Assembly: GCA_963666345.1 (NCBI GenBank)
Contig: OY762721.1
Coordinates: 4,064,001 to 4,128,000 of the forward strand
DNA: 64,000 bases
Direction of reading: 5' to 3'
Origin: Desulfatiglandales bacterium
Lineage (GTDB): Bacteria; Desulfobacterota; DSM-4660; Desulfatiglandales; Desulfatiglandaceae
Below are positions 52,086-62,115 of this stretch, in pieces. Each line of letters starts with the position of its first letter. Position 1 is the stretch's first letter. The notes under the pieces were generated by a model. That model was not told the DNA's origin. It worked only from the letters and a program-made list of their open reading frames with translations, and made no database searches. A program made the translations under genes and the position numbers.

Positions 52086-54296
52086 ATGGCCTACAGACCA
52101 AAAATAATAATCCTTTTGCTTTTTACGATTCTATTTTTCCAATCTACTGCTTCATCGGCTGCAGCTACAGCCGATAGGGCCGACAGACTTCTGAAGAGCG
52201 CTGATGAATGCCGGAAGAAACTTGTATCATCGGTTGAAAAGAAAAAGTACCGTCACAACTGGGAGGCATGTGTAAGGAAATACGAGGCGGTATACAGGGC
52301 ATTTCCCGAGAGCGACGAGGCCGCGTGGGCCCTTTATCAAGAGGGGAGACTCTATTCGGATCTTTATTATCTTTCGGGAAGATCCGGGGATCTGGAAAGA
52401 GCTGTTGATTTTTTCAAAAGGCTTACGGGAAAATTTGAGTCCCACAGACTCGCAGATGATGCCTATTATCATCTTGGTGAAATCTATTATAAATACAGGA
52501 AAGACAACATCAAGGCCCGTGAGGCCTTTTCCAACGTTGTTGAAAGGTATCCGAAGGGTGACATGACATCCGCTGCCGGGAAGATGCTCCTGGTTCTGGA
52601 GAAAAAAGGCGGTAAAAAGATCACCCTCAGTGCGGGGCCGCCATTGCAAAAGGGTTCGAAAGAGGCTTCCCGGTTGCTGAATGACGCAGACAAATGCAGA
52701 AAATCACTCCTGACAAGTTCAAAAAAGAAAAAATACCGTCATAACTGGAAAAATTGTATTAAAAAGTACATTCGGGTTCTTGAATCGCATCCTGGAACCG
52801 ATCAGGCTGTCTGGGCAACCTATAGGGCGGGACTGCTTTTTCAAAATCTATACAGGTATTCGGGACGGTCAAAGGACCTTGACGAGGCCTTGGCCTATTA
52901 CAGGATAGTAGCGGAGAAATTCGCAAGTCATCAACTTGCAGATGATGCTCAATACAGGACAGGGGAAATTTATCTGAAAGAGAAAAATGATCCGACTCAG
53001 GCATATGTCGAGTTTCTGAAAGTGGACATAAAGTTTCCCTCAGGAGACATGAGAGCGAAGGCCAAGAAAAGACTTGACCAACTGGCTGTCGCACTCAGCA
53101 AAAGGGATGATGTCAATGAGGTGAAAAACCGTAAAAAAGATGGGCCTGGTGTTATAAAGGTCCATAATATCAGACACTGGTCGACCCCTAATTACACTAG
53201 AGTTGTGCTGGACGTTGAGGCTCCGGTAAAATATGAACATCATCTGCTAAAAGCGGATCCGGACAACAAAAAGCCGAGAAGACTCTACATCGATCTCAAA
53301 AGTGCCGTAGTGAGTTCAAAAATCGAGAGTGCCATACCGATTAAGGATGGGTTGCTGCAGAGGGCCAGGGCGGCCCAATATGACAAAGACGTCGTAAGGG
53401 TTGTTCTGGATACCCAGCGAGTGGGCGGTTATAAGGTGTTCCATCTTCATGATCCCTTCAGAATCGTCGTTGATGTAAGGAGATTTGAGAAAACAGAACA
53501 GAAAGAAAGAACACCTGTTAAAACGAGGAAAAGGCGTGTCGGAAAAGGGGTCAAAAGGGCCGATAACTCTCACGATTCGGTATCGCTGGCAAGACAGCTT
53601 GGGTTGAATGTAAAGAAGATCGTGATTGATCCGGGCCATGGCGGCAAAGATCCAGGCTGCATACTTGGGGGAAAGATCCGCGAAAAGGACCTTGTGCTCA
53701 AGATTGCCAAGCTGCTGGCAAAGGAGATAAAAACCAAAATAGGGTGCGAGGTCTGCCTGACAAGGGATAAAGATATATTTCTGCCCCTTGAAAGAAGGAC
53801 TGCGATTGCTAATATGCAGAAGGCGGATCTCTTTATTTCATTACATATAAACGCACACAGAAACAAAAAGATCTATGGGCTTGAGACCTATTTCCTCAAT
53901 ATGGCAACCGATGAAAGGGCCGTAATGGTGGCAGCCAGGGAAAACGCGACATCTGAAAAAAATATAAGCGATCTACAGTCTATCTTGAACGATCTAATGC
54001 TTAATACCAAAATCCATGAATCGAGCCGGCTTGCAAAGGAGGTTCAAAACGGTGTCGTCTACAGCGTAAAAAAGGGGTACAAACCTGTAAGAAACTTGGG
54101 TGTTAAGCAGGCCCCCTTTTATGTGCTCATAGGAGCGGAAATGCCGGCGGTGCTGGTGGAGGCAGGATTCCTTACCAATTCAACAGAAAGGAAAAGGCTC
54201 CTGAGCAGCACATACCACAAACGCCTTGCTGAAGGAATATGTTCCGGGGTCAAATCCTATATGGAAAATATTGACCAGATATATGGAGGAGGCTAG
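52086..54296 (+). CDS. N-acetylmuramoyl-L-alanine amidase (duplicated TPR module + AMIN + Amidase_3)
   Basis: Signal peptide; RHWS..YTRVV AMIN domain; IDPGHGGKDPG, FISLHINA, QAPFYVL, LVEAGF. Confidence 0.93.
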   Translation: MAYRPKIIILLLFTILFFQSTASSAAATADRADRLLKSADECRKKLVSSVEKKKYRHNWEACVRKYEAVYRAFPESDEAAWALYQEGRLYSDLYYLSGRSGDLERAVDFFKRLTGKFESHRLADDAYYHLGEIYYKYRKDNIKAREAFSNVVERYPKGDMTSAAGKMLLVLEKKGGKKITLSAGPPLQKGSKEASRLLNDADKCRKSLLTSSKKKKYRHNWKNCIKKYIRVLESHPGTDQAVWATYRAGLLFQNLYRYSGRSKDLDEALAYYRIVAEKFASHQLADDAQYRTGEIYLKEKNDPTQAYVEFLKVDIKFPSGDMRAKAKKRLDQLAVALSKRDDVNEVKNRKKDGPGVIKVHNIRHWSTPNYTRVVLDVEAPVKYEHHLLKADPDNKKPRRLYIDLKSAVVSSKIESAIPIKDGLLQRARAAQYDKDVVRVVLDTQRVGGYKVFHLHDPFRIVVDVRRFEKTEQKERTPVKTRKRRVGKGVKRADNSHDSVSLARQLGLNVKKIVIDPGHGGKDPGCILGGKIREKDLVLKIAKLLAKEIKTKIGCEVCLTRDKDIFLPLERRTAIANMQKADLFISLHINAHRNKKIYGLETYFLNMATDERAVMVAARENATSEKNISDLQSILNDLMLNTKIHESSRLAKEVQNGVVYSVKKGYKPVRNLGVKQAPFYVLIGAEMPAVLVEAGFLTNSTERKRLLSSTYHKRLAEGICSGVKSYMENIDQIYGGG

Positions 54297-54305
54297 CTTT
54301 TCAGC

Positions 54306-55401
54306 CTATTTGAGCCTCAGGTAGGCATCAATGAAAGGATCTATCCCACCGTCCATGACCGATTCCACGTTTCCCAGGTCTATGTTCGTGCGGTGATCTT
54401 TTACCATCCTGTATGGATTGAGCACATATGACCTTATCTGACTGCCCCAGGCTATTTCTTTCTGTGAATCGTGCATATTCTGCTTCTTTTGGTCAAGCTT
54501 GCCTTTTTCAAGGTCATAAAGTTTTGATTTCAGCACCTTTAAGGCCATGTCCTTATTTCTATGCTGGGATTTTTCATTCTGACACTGAACAACTATTCCT
54601 GTCGGAAAATGAGTGATCCTGATAGCTGAACTTGTCTTATTTACATGTTGTCCGCCAGGGCCGCTTGCCCTGAATGTATCGATTCTCAAATCCTTGTCAT
54701 CTATTTCGATTTTTATGTCCCTGTCCACTTCAGGCAATACGGACACCGATGCGAATGAGGTATGTCTTCTCCCTGAGGCATCAAAGGGGGATATCCTGAC
54801 CAGCCTGTGTATCCCATGTTCCGACTTTAGGTATCCGTACGCATAGGCTCCTATAACGTTGAATGTCACGTTTTTTATGCCTGCCTCATCACCAGGCAGA
54901 AAATCCATTATCTCGAACCTTTTGCCCTTATTTTCACTCCAACGGGTATACATCCTGAAGAGCATCTGCGCCCAATCCTGAGCCTCGGTCCCGCCTGCGC
55001 CTGCGTTTATGGCAATGATTGCATTTCTCTTGTCATCGGGTTCACCGAGGAGTGATTTGAATTCAAGGTCTTTGATTTCCTTTTCAAGGCTGTTGATATC
55101 AGAGTATACCTCACCAAGGGTATCCTGATCCTTCTCTTCCAGGGCCATCTCTGCGAGAATTTTGGAATCTTCCGATTTCCTGCGGAGGTCCTGCCAGAGA
55201 CTGATTTTATCGCTTAACATCGCCCTCTGCTGGTTAAATTGAGAAATCTCCTCCTGGTCCCTTTGCCAGAAGTCATTACTTGACATTGTCTTTTCTATCT
55301 CATCGAGCTCTTCCTGATTGCTGTCCAAGTCAAAGATGACCTCTTAACTTATCCAGATGGCTCATAATGTTTTCAATTTTTGTCAAAATTTCCGAATTCA
55401 T
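54306..55401 (-). CDS. prfB: Peptide chain release factor 2 with programmed +1 frameshift
   Basis: ORF1 55401-55333 (MNSEILTKIENIMSHLDKLRGHL), AGAGGT-CAT-CTT-TGA-C slippery site, then the +1 frame with GAGGTEAQDW, SPF and GGQ. Confidence 0.96.
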
Positions 55402-55766
55402 ATCTATTCTCCTTCCAATATGCCGTTTCCGGCATGACAATAGGGCTTATAGTCCTTTGTTTGAATTTCTAATTTATTTCCGGCCGGCAATGGTCCTTTT
55501 GCGCGATATCCGAATCAACCTGAATGCCGCTTTAGCAACATGCGATATGTCATATGTGAGTCTGCACCCAGGCTCACCCTCTGCTGGCCCGGTTTCCCGG
55601 CTTCTTGATCTTGGATGAAATTCCCTGTTTACGATCCTGAAATATGTAAACGCCCATGATTTGATTTATGATTGTGCGCTAATCCAATGTTAACGGGTAT
55701 GGGGGACAATTTCAAGCCCCCCTAAAACAGATGTTCATATTATATTTATAAAAGAATATTTAACAA

Positions 55767-56362
55767 CCACCCCTAAAAGGGGTGGACTAAAAGGTGACCC
55801 TAAAAGGGTAACATTTACATCCTTATACTAAGCAATTACATGCGCTTATCTTTTTCCAACTGCCATTTGACATACTTTCTGATCTTCTCCTCATCCAGTC
55901 CTATGGTACTGACACAGTATCCCTTCGCCCAAAAATGCCTTCCCCAGTACCGCCTTTCCAACTCCAGATGCCTATCAAAGATCTTTATGGCGCATTTGCC
56001 TTTCAAAAAACCTGTTACTTCCGAAACCGATAACTTCGGTGGTATTGATATCACAAGATGCACATGGTCTTTCTGGACATTCATTTCCAGAATTTCAAGC
56101 TTCTTCCATTCGCACAGCTGCTTTATAATTTCACAGACTGATTTTCTTACTGCACCTTTCAGAATCCTGAATCGATATTTCGGGCACCAAACTATGTGGT
56201 ATTTGCAATCCCAGATCGCATGTGCTAATTTTCTAAAATCATTCATTGAATACCTCCTTTTATCTTCAGGGTCACCTACCCCGATATTATGGAGGTATTC
56301 TTTTTTTGTCACCACCACGCTACCCGCTTAGCATAGCTGGGACCCACCAGTAAAACTGGTGG
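55767..56362 (-). mobile_element. IS200-type insertion sequence (tnpA only; ends approximate)
   Basis: Y1 transposase flanked by subterminal hairpins CCACCCCT-AAA-AGGGGTGG (55767-55785) and CCACCAGT-AAA-ACTGGTGG (56344-56362); AT-rich flanks. Confidence 0.88.
55836..56246 (-). CDS. tnpA: IS200/IS605 family Y1 transposase
   Basis: YHIVWCPKYR, HUH motif DHVHL, LKGK, FWAKGY, catalytic Tyr in IRKYVKWQ; start MNDF behind AAGGAGG. Confidence 0.95.
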   Translation of the reverse strand: MNDFRKLAHAIWDCKYHIVWCPKYRFRILKGAVRKSVCEIIKQLCEWKKLEILEMNVQKDHVHLVISIPPKLSVSEVTGFLKGKCAIKIFDRHLELERRYWGRHFWAKGYCVSTIGLDEEKIRKYVKWQLEKDKRM

Positions 56363-56730
56363 ATTAAGGGGTTATTTAAAGTAAATATATTTATGGTTTT
56401 TCTCCAACTTAGTTGTAGAAATACAAGCACCGAGTCTCCGAGGAAGGGGCTGAGCGCTTGTATTTCTTTCGTAGTTCACTTGGACCCAAGCCCGGAGCGG
56501 TTAAGTCACATCGACTGTAACTAGACCATCAACACTATGAACCTTGGCCTCTTCTTCAAGCAATCGCCGCGTCGCTGCATAGGGAGCCTTGAATCCACGG
56601 CCTTTGAACTCCATGGGTTTATACCTGTTCAGCCCTGTTTAAGAACAGGTAATCGGCAGATACTCAATATGTTTGAAAGATACAACCTAAAGGGGGCAGG
56701 GCCATAAAGTTTCAGCGCCTTAGATACGTG

Positions 56731-58365
56731 CTAAAAGAGACCCGGGCCGTCGTCCGGTTTTTCATCCTTTGAAAAAATGCCATTTTTTGTGTGGAGTTTC
56801 CTTTTGATCAACAGGCTCATCAAGATTGTCAAGGCAAGGACAAGTGTTGATAGCGCAAATATGTCGCCGAAACGTGTATATAAACTCATGTGTCGCTTGT
56901 TGATTCGTACCGAATGCGTCAATGTCTCTTCCGTGAAAAGACCTCCCTTTTTGAGTATTCTTCCTCTGGAATCTATAAAGGCGCTTATGCCCGTATTGGC
57001 CGCTCTTACGACAGAAATGCGGGTTTCAACAGCACGAAAGACGGTCATTGCCAGATGCTGGTATGGTGCGCTGGTTTTCCCAAACCAGGCGTCATTGGTC
57101 ATGTTTACGATCAGGTTGGCACCTTCCTTTGCAAGGGTGCGAGCGATCTCCGGAAAAATTGCCTCAAAACATATCAGGACTCCCAGGCTCTGTCCTTTGT
57201 CATTAAGTGGTTTGATCGTTTTTCCGTGTATGAAATCCCCGGCTGATGGAACGAGACGATTGATAAAAAACAGGAATCTCTTTAGAGGAACATATTCACC
57301 AAAAGGCACAAGGTGGTTTTTATCGTAATACTGAAGGTTTTTACCTTCCGGATTTATGAGATAGGCCCTGTTAAGATAAGATACTTCCAGATCGGTTTTA
57401 GTGTAAGCCGGGCTTCCGAACAGCAGGGATGCACCGGTTTTTTCAGAAAGAGTCCGGACAGCAGGGGTGTATTCCCTGCTATTCTGGAAAAAGAATGGAA
57501 CAGCCGTTTCAGGCCATATGATCAGTTCGGGTGAATCGCAAACAAGGGAGAGTGTGAGCCTTTTAAGTACCGACATAGTCTTTTCCCGGTATGTCGGATC
57601 CCACTTAACGGATTGATCGATATTGGGCTGGACGATCGCGGTCCTTAGATATACCGGGGTTGCTTCCATATCCGGATTACCGGATAGCTGATATTGCCCG
57701 TAGAGGATCGTTGCCCCGAGCAGGATGCAGGCGGTACTAATCTCAAGTCTCAGAGATTTTATCGTCCTTGAGCTGCTCAGTATAAGTAGCTGAATAACAA
57801 CATTTGTATGGACAATAATAAATGATATGCCGTAGACGCCAAAGATATCGGAAATCTGAATTAGGGTAAGGTTGCTGTATTGGGAATATCCCATAAGGCA
57901 CCAAGGAAACCCGGTAAAGAGAATAGAACGCAGATACTCAAGACTGACCCATGTTGCAGGAACAGCTAAAGCGGCAACCCTGCGGTTTTGAAAAGGCAGA
58001 ATAATCGTGCTGAAAACCGCCGGGTAGATAGACATATAAAGGCAAAGGAGTGCAAACGGGCCTATGCTTATGAGGATATTAATGTTTCCGTAGTGGGATA
58101 AAACCACTACGATCCAGTAGAGAAGAGTAATGGAATGAAAAAATCCGGTTATAAGCCCAAGCTTAAAGGCTGCCCGGGGAGAAACTCCCCTGAGCCTTAT
58201 AAGAAGAGGAATCAGCGCAAACCAAGCCAACCAGCTTAAATCCAGGGGCGGAAAGGATGCCGTAAGCATCAATCCTGAGAGGGCTGCGCAGGCAATATCT
58301 GCTGAGCTTGGCTTTCCGCGCCTATTTGTTGTTAATGATTTGGGTTGAAGCTTTGCAAGGGCCAT
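56731..58365 (-). CDS. lnt: Apolipoprotein N-acyltransferase
   Basis: TGFPW, QPNI, WPETA, YDKNHLVPFGEY, ICFE, TNDAWFG, RAANTG. Confidence 0.96.
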   Translation of the reverse strand: MALAKLQPKSLTTNRRGKPSSADIACAALSGLMLTASFPPLDLSWLAWFALIPLLIRLRGVSPRAAFKLGLITGFFHSITLLYWIVVVLSHYGNINILISIGPFALLCLYMSIYPAVFSTIILPFQNRRVAALAVPATWVSLEYLRSILFTGFPWCLMGYSQYSNLTLIQISDIFGVYGISFIIVHTNVVIQLLILSSSRTIKSLRLEISTACILLGATILYGQYQLSGNPDMEATPVYLRTAIVQPNIDQSVKWDPTYREKTMSVLKRLTLSLVCDSPELIIWPETAVPFFFQNSREYTPAVRTLSEKTGASLLFGSPAYTKTDLEVSYLNRAYLINPEGKNLQYYDKNHLVPFGEYVPLKRFLFFINRLVPSAGDFIHGKTIKPLNDKGQSLGVLICFEAIFPEIARTLAKEGANLIVNMTNDAWFGKTSAPYQHLAMTVFRAVETRISVVRAANTGISAFIDSRGRILKKGGLFTEETLTHSVRINKRHMSLYTRFGDIFALSTLVLALTILMSLLIKRKLHTKNGIFSKDEKPDDGPGLF

Positions 58366-58402
58366 TGGCTTTAGAAATAAGGATCCGAATAAAAGATGTG
58401 GT

Positions 58403-59272
58403 TCATCTATGAGTCTGCGTTCCTGCGGATTCCGGAGGGCTCGTGCGGGTGATTAGGACTGAATCGATTTTGCGTTGATCTGCCTTCTTTATTATCAATT
58501 CCAGGTCCTCAAATGATATTTTTTCGTTGGTTCTTGGTATTCTTCCAAGCAAATGAATGATAAACCCACCAACAGATTCGAAGTCCCCTTTTGGAAAGTG
58601 CGCATTGAGATGCTCTTCCAGCTTTTCGATTTCAAGCCTTGCATCTACCAGTACTGATCGTTCATCCATTACTTTTAAAAGCGACTGCTCATTATCGTGC
58701 TCATCCTGAATTTCTCCGACTATTTCTTCCAGTATGTCCTCAATAGTGATAATTCCGGCGGTGCCGCCATACTCGTCGGTCACGATGGCAAGGTGCATTT
58801 TTTTCTCTTTTAGATCTTTCAGCAATTCAATCGCCTTTTTTGTCGTTGGGACAAAAAAGGGCTTCCTTAAGTTATCGAAAGGTATTTTGGATCCGGAATC
58901 CTTACCCCAGAGCCTTAGAATATCTTTTGCGTGGAGGATACCGACTATCTTGTCCAGGCCTTTTTCGTATATGGGTATTCTGGTGTGACCGCAGTCGGTA
59001 ACCAGCCCGATGAATTGAGAAAGGGTTGAATCCAGGGGAGCTGATGAGATTTCAGTGCGAGGAATCATTATGGAATGGACCTGAGTCTGTTTGAGCTCAA
59101 GCACCCCGTTTACCATATGGGTCTCTTCATCACTGACAAAACCCCTCGCCTGACCCTCATCCATCAAATCATGAATTTCTTCGGCAAGGTCACTACTGTT
59201 GCCGATAGGGTTTTTTTTCTTTAAAAGAGATAGGAAGCGAGCAAAAAGCCCCTTTTCCGGGTCTTCTTCCAA
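58403..59272 (-). CDS. CorC/HlyC family CBS-domain protein
   Basis: IMIPR, GHTRIP, HLAIVTDEYGGTAG..TIEDILEEIVGEI.DE, CorC_HlyC domain. Confidence 0.92.
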   Translation of the reverse strand: MEEDPEKGLFARFLSLLKKKNPIGNSSDLAEEIHDLMDEGQARGFVSDEETHMVNGVLELKQTQVHSIMIPRTEISSAPLDSTLSQFIGLVTDCGHTRIPIYEKGLDKIVGILHAKDILRLWGKDSGSKIPFDNLRKPFFVPTTKKAIELLKDLKEKKMHLAIVTDEYGGTAGIITIEDILEEIVGEIQDEHDNEQSLLKVMDERSVLVDARLEIEKLEEHLNAHFPKGDFESVGGFIIHLLGRIPRTNEKISFEDLELIIKKADQRKIDSVLITRTSPPESAGTQTHR

Positions 59273-59429
59273 GAATAAAAGATCTCCGCTGTTATTTTAA
59301 ATTTAATATACCAAAAACAAACCTATCAACAGATAGGTCAATAGACTAATACTTTATTGAAAATTCTATTTTTGTGATATCATAATGTCAAGAAATTTGC
59401 TTTTAAAGGCTTGAGATGAAATATACCAC

Positions 59430-59458
59430 TTGACTGAGGTATGCCCCTGTAGTATATT
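59430..59458 (+). promoter_or_regulatory. Putative sigma70 promoter of tRNA-Gly
   Basis: TTGACT-N17-TATATT. Confidence 0.6.
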
Positions 59459-59526
59459 TTTGAGTCATTACATTTGCTTGTTGTTTGTTTTGAGGATTGT
59501 TTCTGAGTTAAACGACATTGAAATGC

Positions 59527-59602
59527 GCGGGCATAGCTCAGTTGGTAGAGTACAAGCTTCCCAAGCTTGGGGTCGCGGGTTCGAACCCCGTTGCCCGCTC
59601 CA
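59527..59602 (+). tRNA. tRNA-Gly(CCC)
   Basis: 76 nt; acceptor stem GCGGGCA/TGCCCGC, anticodon arm CAAGC-TTCCCAA-GCTTG, GGTTCGAA T-loop, encoded CCA. Confidence 0.97.
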
Positions 59603-59765
59603 TTTTGTATCCAGGTATTTTTTGGCCTGATACCCTTTTTGAGGTTCCCGACTGTCTTCAACCGGGTGTTACTTCGAATTGCGGACGTGGCAATGGCAAG
59701 TATTTCCCATTTAAGGATGTTATGTAAAAAAAGATGCTTAACATTCTAGCTAGTCTGCAAGTCGG

Positions 59766-59790
59766 AAGCGGGCCAAAAGCCCGCTTTTTT
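59766..59790 (+). promoter_or_regulatory. Terminator-like hairpin in the rimP-nusA-infB leader (rimP-leader-like)
   Basis: AAGCGGGC-CAAAA-GCCCGCTT followed by a T run immediately upstream of rimP. Confidence 0.7.
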
Positions 59791-59849
59791 GTTATCTTTA
59801 TCAGCGGGTGCTTAATAATAATATAATGATAAATCAAATAGTTAAGGTT

Positions 59850-60329
59850 ATGGAAACTTCAGATTCCGCAGATACGCTTTTGAGTAAGATTGATCGCCTG
59901 ATAGAGCCTGTTGCAGAGGAGATGGGATTTGAATTAGTAGACACCGAATATTTGTGTGAGAATGGCAGATGGGTATTGCGGGTATATTTGGATAAGGAAG
60001 GCGGAATTACAATAGATGATTGTGCAACCTCAAGCCGGGAAATCGGCGGCCTTATAGATATAAAGGAAGTTTTTGACCATGGATATGTGCTTGAGGTTTC
60101 CTCCCCGGGCCTAAACAGGCGGCTTAGGAGAGAAAAGGACTTTATGGATGTCCTGGATAAAATGGTTAAGATTACAATGTCTAAGCCGCTTGATGGACGT
60201 CGAAATTTTAAAGGGCGACTGTCAAGAGTTCAAGATGGAATTTTACATATTGTTATTGAAAATGAGATAGTTGAGATTCCGTTGCAAGGGGTGAAAAAGG
60301 CCAACCTTATTTATGAATTTGGCTCATAA
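59850..60329 (+). CDS. rimP: Ribosome maturation factor RimP
   Basis: LRVYLDKEGGITIDDC, YVLEVSSPGLNR; start 59850 (or GTG 59808). Confidence 0.95.
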   Translation: METSDSADTLLSKIDRLIEPVAEEMGFELVDTEYLCENGRWVLRVYLDKEGGITIDDCATSSREIGGLIDIKEVFDHGYVLEVSSPGLNRRLRREKDFMDVLDKMVKITMSKPLDGRRNFKGRLSRVQDGILHIVIENEIVEIPLQGVKKANLIYEFGS

Positions 60330-60359
60330 AGATACAACAATTTTGGTGGAGTACTGAAG

Positions 60360-61739
60360 ATGATATCAGATTTGACGAGAATGATAGACCAGGTAAGCCG
60401 TGAGAAAGGGGTGGATCAAGATGTGCTGATCGGTGCGCTGGAGGAAGCGGTCCGTACGGCAGCACGCAAGTCTTTTGGCCCTGATTACGAGCTTGAGGTT
60501 TCTTATAATGAGGAATTGGGCGAGATTGAGGTGTTTGAGTTCAAAGAGGTTGTAGAGAAGGTCGAAAGTGAACACCTTGAAGTATCGCTTGAGGAGGCAA
60601 AGGAGCTGGATCCGGAATCTGAAATAGGTGACAGTCTCGGCATGAAAATGGACACGGATACCTTTGGAAGAATCGCCGCCCAATCTGCGAAACAGGTTAT
60701 AATGCAGCGCCTGAAAGAGGCTGAGCGTGATATCGTTTATGACGATTTCAAGGACAGACGTGGAGAGATAATCAATGGTATTGTGCAGAGGTTTGACCGG
60801 GGCTCGATTATCGTGAATCTGGGAAGGACCGAAGCAGAATTGCCGGTGAAAGAACAGGTGCCAAGGGATTCCTACAAACAGGGTGATCGTATCAGGGCGT
60901 ATATCCTTGATATAAAGCAGTTCAGCCGCGGTCCCCAGATAATAATTTCCCGTACGCATCCAAACTTTGTCTCGGCCTTATTTGAAAACGAGGTCCCTGA
61001 AATAGCTGAAAGAATTGTTCAGATAGTGCAGGTGGCGAGGGAACCTGGAAACAGGTCTAAGATAGCGGTTACGTCTAAAGACGGTGATGTGGATCCGGTA
61101 GGGGCATGTGTCGGAATGAAAGGAAGAAGGGTCCAGGCCGTTGTCCAGGAGCTGCGTGGAGAAAAAATCGATATTGTTACGTGGGACCAAGACCCTGCAA
61201 AATTTATATGTAACGCGCTTGCTCCGGCAGAAATTGTTAGGGTGGTCGTTGATGAGACGAACCATTCGATGGAGGTCGTTGTTCCTGACGACCAGTTATC
61301 TCTTGCAATAGGGAAAAGGGGCCAGAATGTGCGGCTGGCGTCACGTCTTACCGGATGGAAGCTTGATGTAGTAGGTGAAACTTCCTATAACGACAACCTT
61401 AAGCATGGGTTTAAATCGCTGCTTGACCTTCCGGGGGTGGGGGAAAAGATCGCCTCCGAGCTTTATGAGGAGGGATTTGGTTCTGCAGAAGATATAGCCA
61501 AATCAGGGGTGGATGATTTGAAATCGGTGTCAGGTGTAAGCAAGGATAAGGCGACCACTCTCATTGAAGATGCCATCTCATATGTAAATAGTAAAAAGAA
61601 ATCAGAAAAAGATGCTGAAGAAGGCGATGTGGAAAATGAATCCGGCGAAGCAGCAGCGGATCCTGAGCCTCAGAATCCGGATGATAAAGAAAAGGTTGAG
61701 TCCGGAGCGGAAGTGGACAACGATAATGAGGGCGACTAG
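60360..61739 (+). CDS. nusA: Transcription termination/antitermination factor NusA
   Basis: FGRIAAQSAKQV, EVPEI, AREPG, GACVG, AIGKRGQNVRLASRLTGW. Confidence 0.98.
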   Translation: MISDLTRMIDQVSREKGVDQDVLIGALEEAVRTAARKSFGPDYELEVSYNEELGEIEVFEFKEVVEKVESEHLEVSLEEAKELDPESEIGDSLGMKMDTDTFGRIAAQSAKQVIMQRLKEAERDIVYDDFKDRRGEIINGIVQRFDRGSIIVNLGRTEAELPVKEQVPRDSYKQGDRIRAYILDIKQFSRGPQIIISRTHPNFVSALFENEVPEIAERIVQIVQVAREPGNRSKIAVTSKDGDVDPVGACVGMKGRRVQAVVQELRGEKIDIVTWDQDPAKFICNALAPAEIVRVVVDETNHSMEVVVPDDQLSLAIGKRGQNVRLASRLTGWKLDVVGETSYNDNLKHGFKSLLDLPGVGEKIASELYEEGFGSAEDIAKSGVDDLKSVSGVSKDKATTLIEDAISYVNSKKKSEKDAEEGDVENESGEAAADPEPQNPDDKEKVESGAEVDNDNEGD

Positions 61740-61968
61740 GCACATACCTATGAGGATGTGCATATCCTGTCGGGCAAGAAGACCGAAGGATGAGATGATA
61801 AGGCTGAGTGTCGATTCAGATAAAAGGGTCGATATAGACAAACAAGGAAAAGCCGAGGGGCGTGGGGCCTATGTGTGCAAAAGTGAAAGCTGCCTTGAGC
61901 AGATAGGAAAGAGGCCTAATCTTGTTTTCAAGGCCTTCAGGAACTGCGGACGGCTTATAATTCCTTAA
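61726..61968 (+). CDS. ylxR: YlxR/RnpM (DUF448) RNA-binding protein
   Basis: PMRMCISCR..K..MIRL, GRGAYVC; between nusA and infB. Confidence 0.88.
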   Translation: MRATRHIPMRMCISCRARRPKDEMIRLSVDSDKRVDIDKQGKAEGRGAYVCKSESCLEQIGKRPNLVFKAFRNCGRLIIP

Positions 61969-62115
61969 GACCCCCTGGCAGATGAAGCATATTTGATAAG
62001 AGATTTTGACGCTTTGATTTTTTTGGAGATTTTTTTGTGGTGATTACAAGACAGTGAAATTACCGGTAAATGAGCGGGAACACTGTTTAAGGCTAGAAGC
62101 TTTTTGGGGGAGTAT

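Noticed and set aside
55840..56331. 163-aa plus-strand ORF antisense to tnpA
   Set aside because: Shadow ORF of the transposase with no recognisable motifs
56470..56625. 6S RNA
   Set aside because: Only short motif resemblance; no convincing long rod structure and not in the usual gene context
59527..59700. Integrative element at tRNA-Gly
   Set aside because: No integrase and no duplicated tRNA 3' end in the window
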